A stretch of 56,323 nt of DNA, filler included, from Sphacelaria rigidula (lineage: Eukaryota), in assembly GCA_964200075.2 (NCBI GenBank). It is 4 parts of 4 records of this genome, joined end to end, with 100 filler letters (N's around TTAATTAATTAA, not from the genome) between each part and the next. Parts side by side here need not be neighbours in the genome. Positions count along the whole stretch, not along the records: positions 1 to 14,007 come from CAXNAA020002516.1; 3 more parts are not named here. One strand, given 5' to 3'. The position numbers and the translations under genes were made by a program. Within the stretch, counting starts at the first letter, position 1. Each line of letters opens with the position of its first letter. This document shows positions 1-12,200 of the stretch, piece after piece. The notes beneath the pieces were generated by a model that was given only the letters and a program-made list of their open reading frames with translations, searched no databases and was not told where the DNA came from.

Positions 1-114
1 TACACCGAAAGGTGTAGACTGGTGCCCAGAATAAATGGGACGACAACACAACAAAACACACTCAAAGACGGAACCAGAGCCTGAAAAAAGGATATATATA
101 TATATACACATATA

Positions 115-941
115 CTTCCTCTGTCTCATAGGTTAGGACCGAGTTGGGGCACAGATCGTATCTCTCTAACGGAGTTGCCCACGATGCTATAGTTGGTATC
201 ATAAGAAATGTATTTTCTACAGCTAGCTGGTGCAAAAAAAGAAGACAAAAACGATCATTTGTATCTTATATTTCGGGTCGAAAAGTCCCCCAAAATGGCC
301 AATTTTGGGAATTCTATTGAGATTTGTTCGATAATTCTTTTGTGAATTCTTTGAAAATAGTTCACGAAAACACCATTTACACCCATCCACCTGCACACTA
401 CACCATGGACTCGCCCGTGAGTACCCCTCCGCCTCGTAAACGCGGTAGAGAACTATCGCTGGGCTTACGTTATGCCATGGCGTTCGAGATCGCCGCGGGC
501 ATTCCGCCAGGCACTTCGAGGGCGCCCGCGGGCTTTTTCGGCCATCTCGCCGAAAAGTACGTCGTAGGCGAACAGTTTCCTAGAGGGCTGTTAAAAGAGT
601 GCAGAGAGCAGATAAAGGCATCTGGGGAGCTTGATCTTTCGATCACCCCAAGGAGTGGACGCCCTTCGCATCTTACTCCGACGAGAGCCGCGGCGCTGCG
701 GAGTGTTTTTTTGTCCGACGCTTTCTTGCCCCCCCGGAAAAAAATGGCGAAAATCGGTCATTTTTAGACCGACTGATTTTTTTGTGACCGTTGGGCCACC
801 TTGAGTGATGCGCGAACAAAAAAACAAAGTGGGTTTAATTAAAAAAACGCCAAAGATTTCAACAAAATAATAGAAAAAAGAATCAGACTCGATTAAGGGC
901 GTCTGTGACAAAGTCGGTCCTAACTTATGAGACGGAAGAAG
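115..941 (+). mobile_element. Non-autonomous Tc1/mariner element (Stowaway/DD39D-like termini), internally deleted
   Basis: Left end CTTCCTCTGTCTCATAGGTTAGGACCGA (115) matches the reverse complement of the right end, CTTCTTCCGTCTCATAAGTTAGGACCGA (ends 941). TA flanks both sides (113-114, 942-943). It contains a transposase N-terminus. Confidence 0.85.
405..767 (+). pseudogene. Truncated mariner-type transposase N-terminal DNA-binding (HTH) region
   Basis: MDSPVSTPPPRKRGRELS...LAEKYVV...RSGRPSHLTP contains the GRP linker typical of Tc1/mariner transposases. No DDD/E domain follows. It lies inside the TIRs. Confidence 0.65.
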
Positions 942-949
942 TATACGTA

Positions 950-1010
950 AGTCGAGATTCGAACTCATGACCTTTGGTCCTGACTGAAGTCTCCTGCACC
1001 AGCTATCGTA
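950..1010 (-). repeat. Degenerate tRNA-like (SINE head) fragment
   Basis: The minus strand reads ...CCAAAGGTCATGAGTTCGAATCTC, a T-arm/B-box, with only a weak A-box. No full cloverleaf. Confidence 0.4.
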
Positions 1011-1307
1011 AACACCCGGGTGTAGCGGTGTCGCAGAAAACGTGGAATGACCTGCCCGATTTTAGGATTCCTGAGCCGAGTTTTTCAAGGGTGGGACGAG
1101 TAATGATTCGTCTGAACACTACTTGCTTTCAGTGTGAGTGATTCGTAGCGTACGAATCAATTCATCCCTGGGCTTTGTTTTCCTTTTTGCACTCCAGGTA
1201 CACGCACCCCAGGCACGTGGAGTAGCGCAAAAATTGGGTACTGTAGAGATGTTTTTGACCCGCCGTCGACTTGGTTTGTCTCTTTCGAGCACTCAAACCC
1301 TATACTT

Positions 1308-1353
1308 GATTGGTGTGATTGATTGGTGTGATTGATTGGTGTGATTGATTGGT
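1308..1353. repeat. Short tandem repeat, 13-bp unit GATTGGTGTGATT
   Basis: About 3.5 direct copies visible. Confidence 0.8.
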
Positions 1354-1366
1354 CACCGCACTTTTA

Positions 1367-1579
1367 CCCTTTTGGGGCCGAACTCCCCGAAATTGTATGT
1401 TCGTGGCACTTTCCCCACACAACCGTGTGTTGGCGGCAGACGTCTATTTGTGTCGTTTTAAAGTCAAAATGATGCTGATCCACAAAAAGGTGTGAAGTGG
1501 CATTATTTTGGCTTGAAAACAAGACAAATGGACACCTGCCGCTAAACGCACGATTGTGGGGTAAAGAGTCCCAAAAGGG
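1367..1579. mobile_element. piggyBac-type MITE (213 bp)
   Basis: Termini CCCTTTTGGGGC / GTCCCAAAAGGG. Flanks are TTTA (left, degenerate) and TTAA (right). Confidence 0.7.
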
Positions 1580-2161
1580 TTAACTGATCTCCCAGAGATC
1601 AAGCCGTGATTGGCCATTATTCACATGATGGACGTACCCGACACAAAACGAAACTGAAGCACTCGCTGAAGAAGAAATAAGGAACAGAAAAGGTACAGCA
1701 GGACAACAGAGTAGACGGCGAAAATATAAACGATGGTGGACTTGGTGATGGGAAGCAGACACGATTTGTCCGATCGTTGAGTTTTTTCACAGACCTTTCT
1801 TCTACACGCAAGTTGATAATTCTTCGAGAAAGCAGCCGAGTCGTGGCATTTTTTGTTTTCGTTTGTGTTTCCCCAGAAAAATGAAATCGCTCAAACTTCC
1901 TGTACATTTTGACTTCTTGACTGCTTTCGCTGCGTTTCGCGTAGTGATCATATGAATTTTAAAGTCGTCTAAATTACATCGGTCAACTCCCAAGATTTAG
2001 CGGCAAAAAGCTTTTCGATCGCCATTGAGAACGAAGCCTGGTCGGACCAGCTCGTATTTTTGGAGAAAAATGCGATGGAGGGTGTGGCTGGCTATCTATC
2101 TCAATAAATACTTGATACATATATTTCAATTCTCTTGTCATTTCCGGAATGAAGAACATAG

Positions 2162-2516
2162 AATTGGTCATTTTCGAAATTCGCTTGCTTTTGCAATTGA
2201 TTGTTCTTGTTACGTTCCGAATTAACGAATGGAACGGTCGTTATTGCGTGTTAAATTGTTTGCGCGCTTTTTCAGTTGATATTTCTTTGTTATGTTCCGA
2301 ATGGACGAATGTAAATGGATGTGATTATTTGCATAAAAAACACAATTGGTCATTTTTGAAATTCGCTTGCTTTTGCAATTGATCGCTCTTGCTACGTTCC
2401 GAATTAACGAATGGAACGGTCGTAATTGCATGTTGAATTGTTTGCGCGCTTTTTCAGTTGATGTTTCTTTGTTATGTTCCGACTGGACGAATATAAATGG
2501 ACGTGATTATTTGCAT
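2162..2516. repeat. Tandem duplication, ~183-bp unit x2 (intronic)
   Basis: AATTGGTCATTTT.GAAATTCGCTTGCTTTTGCAATTGAT...GTGATTATTTGCAT occurs at 2162 and 2345 with scattered substitutions. Confidence 0.9.
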
Positions 2517-2628
2517 GTTTTCTTGCTTGCTCGCTCGTTTTCGCACTTGATCTCACTTGTTCCCCCTTCGTTTGCTTTGTTTGCTTTGTTTTTTTTGTTT
2601 GTTTGTTCGATTGATTTTTGGCCCCAAG

Positions 2629-2861
2629 ATGAGGTTGCATTCCGTTGTCTTCATGCCGTGCACCCGGTGACGCACGCCGTGGGCAATACCTTCAAGCGCG
2701 TCTTCCTCATTGCCACTTCTATCCTGGTCTTCAAGAAGCCACTCACGCCCATGGCGGCCTTCGGCTCCGCAGTTGCGATCGGTGGAGTGCTGATGTACAG
2801 CTTGATGAAGGAGTACGGGGCCAAGAACGCTGCCGCGGTCAAGGCTCACGGCTCGGGGTAG
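2629..2861 (+). CDS. Terminal exon of a triose-phosphate/sugar-phosphate:phosphate translocator (TPT/pPT family, DMT superfamily)
   Basis: (N)EVAFRCLHAVHPVTHAVGNTFKRVFLIATSILVFKKPLTPMAAFGSAVAIGGVLMYSL matches the TPT C-terminal signature (P.THAVGN..KRV). A pyrimidine tract and AG at 2627-2628 give a phase-1 acceptor. Stop TAG at 2859-2861. Upstream exons are not on this contig. Confidence 0.88.
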
Positions 2862-2929
2862 ATTTATTTAGCAAATAGATCGAGACAAGGAACGCCGAAC
2901 ACAGCAATAGCTTGTCTTGCTTTGATTCG

Positions 2930-3330
2930 TTTTGAGCTGATTTGATTTGGTTTGATTTGATTTGATTTGATTTGATTTGATTTGTTTTGTTTTGTCTTGT
3001 TTTGTTTCATTTGTTTGTTCGGTTGTTCCAGACGATGGATTCTCCGTTTCATTTGTTCGTTTGATGGTTCCAAAGGAATGTTAAATCTTGTTTTCATTTG
3101 TTTATTTGTTTGTTTGTTACAAACGATGAACATCGTGGTTTGCGCCCGTTGCCTACTTGCCTCGAGGTTTTTGCAAATCAGTGCAACAAGTACGTCGTAG
3201 TTGTAGTCGCTGTTGTCGTTGTCGTTGTTGTTGTTATTGCTGTGGTGGTGGTGGTGGTGGTGGTGGTGGGGGTGGGGGTGGTGATGGTGATGGTGATGGT
3301 GATAGTGATAGTGACGGTGATGGTGATTGT
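2930..3330. repeat. Compound microsatellites (GATTT)n, (GTTT)n, (GTT/GTC)n, (GTG)n, (GTGATG)n
   Basis: Directly visible. They generate the poly-His, poly-Val and poly-Gly ORFs. Confidence 0.9.
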
Positions 3331-4276
3331 TATTCGTTTTTTTTTTCACGGATATGTTCGTGTGTGCTGTTTCAAATCCCCTACACAACAGAAGAAAGTC
3401 GTGAGCAGGTTTTCCTAGCTGTGATCGCTACTTGATATGTTACCTTGTCTTCTGGCCCTTCGATGTGTGAGTGGTCCAACCGCGTGTCATCTTTATCTCG
3501 GAGTTGGTGTGCTTGTGTTTTGTCAGGTGTTGCCACGATGGGCTTGATTATGTTCTTGTTTTAGTTTGTCTTGTCTTGTCTTGTCTTGTCTTGTCTTGTC
3601 TGTCTTGCTTGTTCGTCGTCGCTGTGTTTTGTGGACATGGAAATGACGAGTGTTGACTATGAGTTTTGAAAACTTGCGCACAAGACATCGGATCATAAAC
3701 CGTGCAGTCGAGGCTAAGGCTTGCGCAGGAAATTATAAGAGTTTTTCTTTGTTCTTATCGAGAGTGTTTAGGTTTTATGCAAGACTCGGGCGACGGAAAT
3801 AGTCATGCTCCATTTGAAGAAGAAAACATTATCATTTTTATTTTTCGCCTCTACTGGCGAAGAAAAAAACGCCCAGTGGGAATTATCCCCCGTTGCTTGA
3901 GAGGGTACATTTTGTTTTGGATTTGCTGAAGAATAATCGGTAAAAAAACATTAGGGCGTGTCATGGTGGGTGGATATTTGTAATTGATCACAAAAAGAGC
4001 GAGTAAAAGTGTGGACGGGTGGATTCATTGTGTTTTTTAAATATAAAGCAAGTCGAAGCTTGCACGGGATGCGGTAGTAGCAGGATAGACGTTGGGGGGA
4101 TGGGTGAACATTTGTTGTAAAGCGGGCAGCACTTGACGGGTGTTGTTGTAGATGAAGAATCGCCGTGTCCGGGTAGGCGTTTAAGGTAGCGTTTACCTTG
4201 GGCATGGAAGTCACCGCTCAATGTAGTCTTTCCTATGTATTGGCCTTCCATGTTTTCTTGGGGTGGACAGACGAGC

Positions 4277-4362
4277 TGGGGGGGGTGAGGCATACTCATT
4301 TGTTGCTCGCCTTGGTCATTTGACCATCGACCACGTATCCCTTTCGAGACGGAGCAATACGA
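4277..4362 (+). repeat. Dispersed short repeat family A (~70-80 bp)
   Basis: Core TACTCATTTGTTGCTYGCCTTRGTCRTTTGACCATYGACCACGYATCCCTTYCGAGACGGAGCA. Other copies at ~9399-9640 (three, minus strand), 20555-20625, 20688-20762 and 25113-25180, usually bordered by G/C runs. Confidence 0.9.
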
Positions 4363-7218
4363 GGAGGGGGGAGAGGGGGGGGGGTACCTTGTAAGCACTG
4401 GTGGGGAGGGGGTTGTTATCATGATCTTTCAATGCCGTAGTCGTATGACTGGTGGGGAGGGGGAGGTCTCTCGCGATATGTGATGTGACACGTGTAGGCA
4501 TTTCCGGTGGTCAATATTGTACAACTGAAAATCAGCTAGAACCCAAGATAAAGGGATTCGAATTTCGACAGGCGCAGTTTTTTTTTTTTTTGACAACTAC
4601 CTGACTCCCGTCCTTGACATCATCAGGAGAACGTGAGTAGCAAGTTAAATATATTTGACGAGAGTCGACGTGGTTTGCTGATTGTGATTCAATCCGCAGA
4701 AATGTACCGAAAAATTAGGGCATGTGCCGAGAAAAAGAGGCGACTGAGCTCGCTTCAGTTTTCAGTATTTGTAGTGAAAAGAGTAACAATGGGTTTCGGA
4801 AAGTGTCCAATGGATTGGGCGCAGAAACTTTGAAGCGGTTGCGTTGGGGCTTGTGACAAGCGGTGTATGGTGGAATGGATGCTGCTGCTTGTTGCGAGTA
4901 AGCGGGTTGTATGTGATATGAAGTATCTTTCGATCCGACATGCCATATATATATATATATATATATAGCGTCGGTGCCGTGCCATATGCTGCCTGTAGGT
5001 GTGGGTTCCAAGTGCGATGGAAGGTATCGTATGGCAAATGTAATGCGTAGCAAGAGGAGACGAGGTTACTACTTTGTGCTTTTTTTTGGTGCTTCGCGTG
5101 AAAAAAATGCGAGTCTTGATCAAGCCTCTTTTGTCATCGTTGTATATGTATGCGCAAACCATGGACGGGAGGGTAGCAAGTGGCGTACATGAGAAAATGA
5201 ATGGGAACCCGACCGCGCCCACAATAGGGCAATATTAAGAGTATACGCAGGTCGAAGGGTACATGTCTGTTGTGCGCATGGAGGAATTGGGTTGGTTCTC
5301 GCGGTCCCGCAAAGGGGGGGTGAGCGCTTTTGGTCTAGGTTAGATTTAAGTTGTTGTATTCGCACACAAACTGAGGCTTGATTTGAGGTCGTTCTCATCT
5401 CACCGGGCATCCACGCGGCCATTGCGGGGCGTTTTGGCTGAGAGGAGGCGAGTGTTCGACCACTCAAAAGACCTCTTGCACGCTATGCCTACTTTTCTTC
5501 GTGAAACGCCGATCTAGTATGGCTCCTTATTAGCCGAACGTCTTTTCTCAGAATTTTTCGACATTTTCGACATTTTCGGAATTTGTTTCGACGTCTCAGA
5601 AACAATAGAACTATTGAAGAAAGAAACAAATACACGAGATTGTTCGGGTAGTATATAGTCAGCCTTAAAGTTGTTCTATTACTCGATCTTGAGAAATTTG
5701 CTGTAACATTTTTCGGGAAAGATATTTTTTTCACACTCCGAGAAAAAAAAAGACATCCCCGTTAATGACGACGCTAATACTGTATACTGTATACTGTATA
5801 CTGTATACTTTGTACGTCATTCCCAGTTTATGGTTACGAACAGATACGTTTTCGATGTGCATGAACGTCATGCTATCCATCTTCATTCGCCGGTTCGTTT
5901 GCAGGTGACGGAATCATTTTGGTTTCACTATGTACGTGCTGCGATCATTCTGAAACATTCGCGCATGAAGAGATCGATAATGTCACCGGAGAGTCACCAA
6001 TTGTTCCGAGTATTGAACCTGTTATGACGCTTGAGCGCTCAGGCGCCAGCAAACCACGTTTCATTATTTATTTTTTCCCTGTTTCGCCGGGGGTTGGGAA
6101 TCGTTGTTGTAGTTCTGGGAGAAATAACGCCTTCGTGTAAACAACGGGGGCCGGGGAACCGCGAGACCGCTGGCAAGCACATGCATCGTGTCCTCTCCGG
6201 GTAGTGTTTGCACATCACCGGTAACTGCTCTACAATCGCATCAGCGTCAAAGGCAACGCTGGCGGGATGCGAAGGCGTACGGGGGCGCGGCCATCTTGTT
6301 TGCTATGAGCGTTCCGCGAAGACAAGCTAGAGTGCCCTGTGGAGTGCAACAAATTAACTTCAACCTGGCTGCATGCTCAATTGTGTTAGGCTGCTGCGAT
6401 CCTATTGATTGGTGACAAATAAGAGATACCCAAAAGGGTGTTGGAAGCCGAGCGCAGCCTGCTGCGACCTCTCTTCGCCCACCATATCGCCATCCTCTGT
6501 GCACTCGATTAGTACATCGCAGTTCTGAGTTATTTCAAATCGGTAACCGCCAGGGTGGGCCATTCGGTGAATCGGCATCAGTTTCACTCACAGAGTGGAC
6601 GTTTTGGTGAAGCAGATTGCTCATCCTGTCATTCGAGTACGGAAGGGTTATAGTCCCTCGACCGCCGGTAGGGTGGGCAATGAGCAATCAGCGTTGTTGA
6701 TTGATTCTTGCTGGGGTGAAACATGACACCAATTCAACAGCTGATGCCCCCTAACTGCCAGGGCCGGAAATCTGAGACTTGAACTCAATCCACGTTTCTT
6801 CATGTTCCCTGCCCTCGCGGGGTAGAGAGACACGCTATGCGTTCTGGGAAGTAACAGGCAATTCAATAAAATGAGGTTGTACGATGAAATGAGGTTCAAG
6901 CCCGAAACAGTGCGTTCCCCCACTTTCAGCGATGGTCCTCAAGGACTTTTTTTGCCAGCCTCATGCCCCTTGATCGCGTGGAGTAAACTTCCCTATTACG
7001 GACCAGTACCAATTAAGGAATCCTATTTTTTATTCATAACTCCGCGAAATATTGATTGTTTCCCATTCTGTTTTTGCTGCGTGTGCACACGAGCGCGACG
7101 CTTCGTCTAAGCTACCGCATGTGCCTTTTGCACCACAAATCACCATCCCACAGCACTGCAAAAAAGGGCGTGTGTGTCTTTCTTCAAAATCAGCTTTTTG
7201 GTCGATCGGCTGCCAAGC

Positions 7219-7740
7219 ATGCAGAGAATAAGGGTCGACCCAAAACGTGCAGCAGAGGGCGTAGAAGCGGTACGCAGCGGTCACATGACCTTCCATGCTG
7301 CTGCAAAGACCTTTGACATCTCCGTTGGTTCCCTGCAGCTGTGTGTCAGTGGTAGCGTGGGCATAGCTGGCAGGGTTGGTTCGGGTACTATACTGTCGAG
7401 GTAGGACGAAAACTCCATCGAAAATATGCTGAAATTTGCCGCAGCTCGTCAACGGGCCTGAATAGAGATGCCCTGGAACAGGCGGTTATGACACTCTGCA
7501 GCGACAACCGACCAGTGCCATAGGATCCGACAGTAAGCTCAGATCGAAAGTGACTCGACTTGTTCCTTCGGAGGCACCCGCGGCTAGGTGAGCGTAACAA
7601 CCGCATTTACAAGGTCGATAGGGTGGTGCGGCCGACAAGAAGATCGCATGTCGGAGTTTTATGCGGCCTGTGAGGACTACGTGGACACGGGAAGAGAAGC
7701 CAGCAACCGACCACAGATGGAACACGGACGAGACAGGTGC
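7219..7740 (+). pseudogene. pogo/Tigger-family transposase relic (HTH-psq + CENP-B HTH + first DDE aspartate)
   Basis: AAEGVEAVRSGHMTFHAAAKTFDISVGSLQ is a pipsqueak-type HTH. *LDLFLRRHPRL at ~7551-7586 fits the CENP-B-type W..F..RH motif. WNTDETG lies at 7718-7738. Stops and frameshifts are present. Confidence 0.8.
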
Positions 7741-9398
7741 TTTATAGTCTGTCAAGAGCCGTTCCGTGTGTGTGTTACAACGCATGTGTCTATGTTAAGG
7801 AATATGGTAGTCGTGAAGACCGTTGTACTCCTCTTGGCAGGTGACTGCAGAGGTTGGCGCACGCAGCTTTATGCTGACCTCGTCTCAGGAGTGAACACCG
7901 CAAGTGTCTGAACACGAATGTATATTTATTATTACTTACCCATGTTGCAGATCCCAAACAAACAGACAAAGCGTCTCACACGGGAAGAACCTCAAGAAAA
8001 GAAGTGAAGAGACGTGATGAAGAGTGAGACCGTGTGGGATGGTCACAACGCAGATCGCTACGCTACTTTGCAACCTTCTCGAACAATCAATCGGTATTCC
8101 CATATTTAGGAATCTTTCTCGAGAATTCTCACTGTCGCATGCTCCGCCAAATCTATTCATCTGGCGAGTTCTTGACTGACCTGCTACTACTTGTCAATGA
8201 TACCTTTCCAGAACAACCTTCACACCACAGCATTCTCGAAGGCTGCACAACAACGCCAATAGTTTCCTGTTGTCCCGCATAATGTCCCGCCTGTTACTCA
8301 GTGAACAAACCTCCGTATCTTAGCTTGATGCTACTAAACATTGACTCACATATGTTATGCAACATGAAATTCTTGGCAGATTGCATTTGGAGCGGGACAG
8401 ATCCGCTTGGTAACATACCAATCAGTTTGCTCCATTTCACTTGGGAATCGCCAGGGGAGTACTCAAAAACCAAGTGTTGTGCGGTCTAACTCGTAGCGCG
8501 TTTCAGACAAATACAGTATAATAGAAAATACAGTATTGTACACCGAACACAATACAACAGCACGGTGGAGTACAGACGCCCAACGCACGGCACCAGCAGG
8601 GGGATCGCAGCAACGGACAGCGCGTTGTCCGTCTTACCCAAGACGAAAGAGTCAATTCACCCATAAATCTTTCAACAGTGTGCAGCCAGCACTGTGTGCC
8701 GACTAACATTGCTTTCTGGAGAGACGAACACAACGACAATATCGCTGTTTATGCAATCCAAACCGTCTGCACAATGCGTGAACACACCACAACACAGCAG
8801 ACAGTGGAAGCTCCAACACATGAGAGAGGCTTGAGTATTTTTGCTGCGGTACAGTAGTGAAACAGGACGTGTCCCATGTTTTAGTCCCCCGTCTGATCGT
8901 GGACAGGTCTTCAATTTTGGGCCGGTGCCGAGTTTGAACACTCGGCCATAGTCGCGCTCCTGTCAATTCGCTTTGGGTTACCCTTCTCTTCGTGTGGGAG
9001 GTTTGGCTCGTGATGCGGGCTTCGCCCGCTGATTTAATTAAGCAGTTTCTGTCTCGGTACATCTTTGATTTGCCAAATTCTTGACAGTTCAGAGCTAGAT
9101 TCAGAGGCTGTTGCTGTGGAGTGGTGTTTGTCTGCTCTCAACTATGCTACGTTTGAAACGTTATTATTTTCGCCGCATTCTTGACCGACCAAGGACTTGG
9201 CGTTTGCCTGCTCATCGCTGCCTCGGCGTGTTCTGTTGATCAAACTTACTCTTCGTAGAGGTACTGCCTACACTGTCTGTAGAGATGTTGCAAGTGCCGC
9301 GGTTGGAGGTGGTGCCAGTACTGTGCGTACCACCCGATACTCGACGTACCTCTCTGTCCCGTGCCCCGACCCCCCCCCCCCCCCCCCCCCTCACCTCT

Positions 9399-9640
9399 TG
9401 CTCCGTCTCTGAAGGGATGCGTGGTCAACGGTCAAACGACGAAGGCAAGCAACAAATGAGTACGCCCCCCCCCTCACCTCTAGATGCTCCGTCTCGAAAG
9501 GGATGCGTGGTCCATGGTCAAATGACTAAGGCAAGCAACAAATGAGTACGCCCCCCTACCCTTCCCCCTGCTCTGTCTCGGAAGGGGTGCGTGGTCAATG
9601 ATCAAACCACTAAGCCTAGCAACAAATGAGTGCGCCCCCC
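9399..9640 (-). repeat. Three tandem copies of repeat family A
   Basis: TGCTCYGTCTC(G)GAAGGGRTGCGTGGTC...GCAACAAATGAGT.CGCCCCCC occurs three times. Confidence 0.9.
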
Positions 9641-9879
9641 ACCCCCATCGGAGGGTTGGCGTCGTTTTCCAACGATGCTGTTAAACACGCCGCGCACTGC
9701 GTAACCTTGGCCACCAGGTTTCCGTTCTTTTTTCTCGCTCGTTTTTTTTTGCAAAAACCATAATCGTGTTTGGGTTGGGTTATTTTGTGCGGGGTGGAGA
9801 ACCTCAACTCCGCGCAAAGGAGGTGCTCGTACTATGTGGTGTTTAAATGGCCATATACCTGAGGGGGGGGCGCACCTGC

Positions 9880-10150
9880 AGCTGTTTCTGGAAGTGGCGA
9901 TACCAGAATATGAAGCAACTCATCGGAGGCTGTCATCGATATGCAAGAAAATTAGTGCGCTTTAGGCCCAACAATCTTAGCCGGACGCAGCCCACCCCTC
10001 ATGCGACTCGCCGAGCACGTCACGGCGCTGCGCGCTTGATGATTGATTGCGAACCTGAGGCGCGAAAACCCGGGCTGCTCCGTCCCGGCTTGTGGGGATG
10101 CGAGGACAACCGTCCGGTGACTGCGACATGCAAGATCATGAGTAACCCGT
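9880..10150 (+). repeat. Dispersed repeat family B (~270 bp)
   Basis: Aligns by eye with 42376-42650 (+) and 19968-20226 (-): GGCTGTCATC...CACCCYTCATGCGACTCGCC...CGTCCCGGCTT...GGGATGCGAGG. Confidence 0.9.
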
Positions 10151-10242
10151 CATGTCCCCCCCTCCCCTCCCTACACTTTCACAAAACACGAAGTAGGTCA
10201 AGTAGAGCACACAAAGAAGCCAATACAAATACAGATCATCAC

Positions 10243-10425
10243 CTGCCCAACAACAGGAACACGTTCCGTGTCCGTGTCGGAGCCGAACTCCATCAGCTGC
10301 AGATCTTGAAGGTCGGAACCGTGCCACAACGCCATGGCGGCCAGTCGCAACTGTAACCTCGCCATCTCCGACGCGGACATTGAGACGAAAGGCTCAGTCA
10401 GAAGAATATCGGCGACCACATCTTC
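10243..10425 (-). CDS. Putative internal exon of an unidentified gene
   Basis: DVVADILLTEPFVSMSASEMARLQLRLAAMALWHGSDLQDLQLMEFGSDTDTERVPVVGQ ends at CAG|GTGATG. The acceptor is weak and uncertain, but is phase-compatible with 11708-11879. Confidence 0.4.
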
Positions 10426-11707
10426 TCCGCGGTTTAACGGTGTTCATGAGTACCAAGCACACGTGGGCATGGGGAAGGGAAGGATGTAGGGCGTAAACCT
10501 TCTTTCTGCTCGGTGAAGTACATGACAACGGGGAAAACGAACAGCGCGAAACGATATATCTCGGACAGGTTTGATGTGTCAGTTACTTTATTCTCAAGCG
10601 TCAAACAATTTTCTGTTCATGGCCGACTCGCAGCAACATTTCAGTGACTGAAAAATGGGCAGGCGAAATGTGCAGCGGGGAAAAATAATCTTCTATATTG
10701 ACAACCTCAGGTCGACAAGTCGGCATTTCGTCGGGCAAAAATGTGCCTGCTCACCGCGGGGTGGGTATCGACGGTTCGCATGTGGATTGTGGATTGTTAG
10801 TAGCACTGTCTGCATTTGATACCTGCAGCAGGGGGAATATCACATCAGATCGGGCTGTGGACTGCTTTGCATATCGAGCAGTGAACCTCCCATGAGGCCG
10901 CCTAGTGAGAGCCAATAGAGACGAACTTGTGGCCACTTGGCACACTATTGGGCGCAGTCGAAACTGTATCCCTTGTAACGCATCATCCTGTGAGCAGGAG
11001 CTATAACAATGCAGTGTGATATAGAGCGTCGATTTTCACCCGGCAGTAGCGACGTTCTCGCTGTCTCCGACGCGCCCATCTACACAACGGTGTATTCCGA
11101 CAAGCTCCTCTGAACCAACGATCTCTTCCCTGCTCACCAGAAAACTGTGAAAATCACTGTGGCGACCTGATCTCTCACAGTGGGCCCTTATTCGCACCAC
11201 TATCAGCTTGTCGAGATTAAACGAGCCTTCATCTTCTGATCACATTGTGGCGACTCCCTCCGGGCTACCCAAACGGAGTACGGAATCCGAGTACGGCCAC
11301 GCATGCAAGCACTTGCCGCGTGAACAAGCTCGCACGTGCCAGTGATGGACGGATCCAGGTCACGTATTAGCGAAGCAACAGCAAAGCTGGCCTCATATCC
11401 GTGGACATGGTGCGGAGCCGAAAAATGGTATCATATGCGTTTGGCCCAAAATCCCGCGGCCTCATACCTGATCCACTGCCGTATATGCGTAGGAACTGTG
11501 GTAAGTCAGTCGACAAGAGTCGAGACAAAATCAACGCAAAGCTGGCCAACAGTCCAAGGACAAATCGAAGACACCATCATTAGCATTTAGTGTGGAACTT
11601 CAGCGCATCGTGTCTGATGAGGGAATGATACCGCAAAAATAGAGGGCTTTCATGTGTGCGTGTGAGCGGCTCCATGACAGGCTCAGATGTTTCGCTCTCT
11701 TGCTCAC

Positions 11708-11879
11708 CGCTGAAGGCCACATACGGGTCGTCGCACTGATTTGCCCTGGTCATCACCATGCCCATTAAGATGGAGAACGATTTTGCTGTGTCGGCCACCT
11801 CGGCCTCACTCGCACGGACGCCGTTCACGTACATGGCTACGGATGATGTGCCTTCCATCCAAGGGTTATTGGCCGACAC
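11708..11879 (-). CDS. Putative internal exon of an unidentified gene
   Basis: Acceptor CCTTACAG|GTG and donor G|GTGAG. Reads VSANNPWMEGTSSVAMYVNGVRASEAEVADTAKSFSILMGMVMTRANQCDDPYVAFS. No family recognised. Confidence 0.5.
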
Positions 11880-12126
11880 CTGTAAGGCCAGGCAGGGAGT
11901 GAGAAGCGCACGTCAAAGAGACTATGCCATGTAGTACCCTGAACCGGAGCGGCACGTGATTCACACCAAAATACATAAATTCACCACCAGAGCTCATCAC
12001 TTCAAGAAAAGAGGCAGAGATGTTGAGGACACAACTGAAAATCCGTATGACTTTTTATCTCGCCAAGGCCATCATTTCGTCGCATCTTTCGGTCGACGAG
12101 TCATCCCACCACAGGGTGATCATCAT

Positions 12127-12200
12127 CTGTCCGGTCTCTCCTTGCGGTGATTGGAGTCAACAACTGTCCGGTCTCTCCTTGCGGTGATTGGAGTCAACAA
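12127..12200. repeat. Perfect tandem duplication, 37 bp x2
   Basis: CTGTCCGGTCTCTCCTTGCGGTGATTGGAGTCAACAA occurs twice. Confidence 0.95.

Noticed and set aside
324..941. Fanzor/TnpB RNA-guided nuclease cargo in the DNA transposons
   Set aside because: No RuvC or zinc-ribbon motifs were seen in this or the other DNA-transposon relics.
2864..3435. Poly-His, poly-Val and poly-Gly ORFs
   Set aside because: Translations of microsatellites downstream of the TPT stop codon.
7737..7840. Intron within the pogo transposase
   Set aside because: GT...AG sites exist, but the spliced frame does not give convincing transposase sequence.
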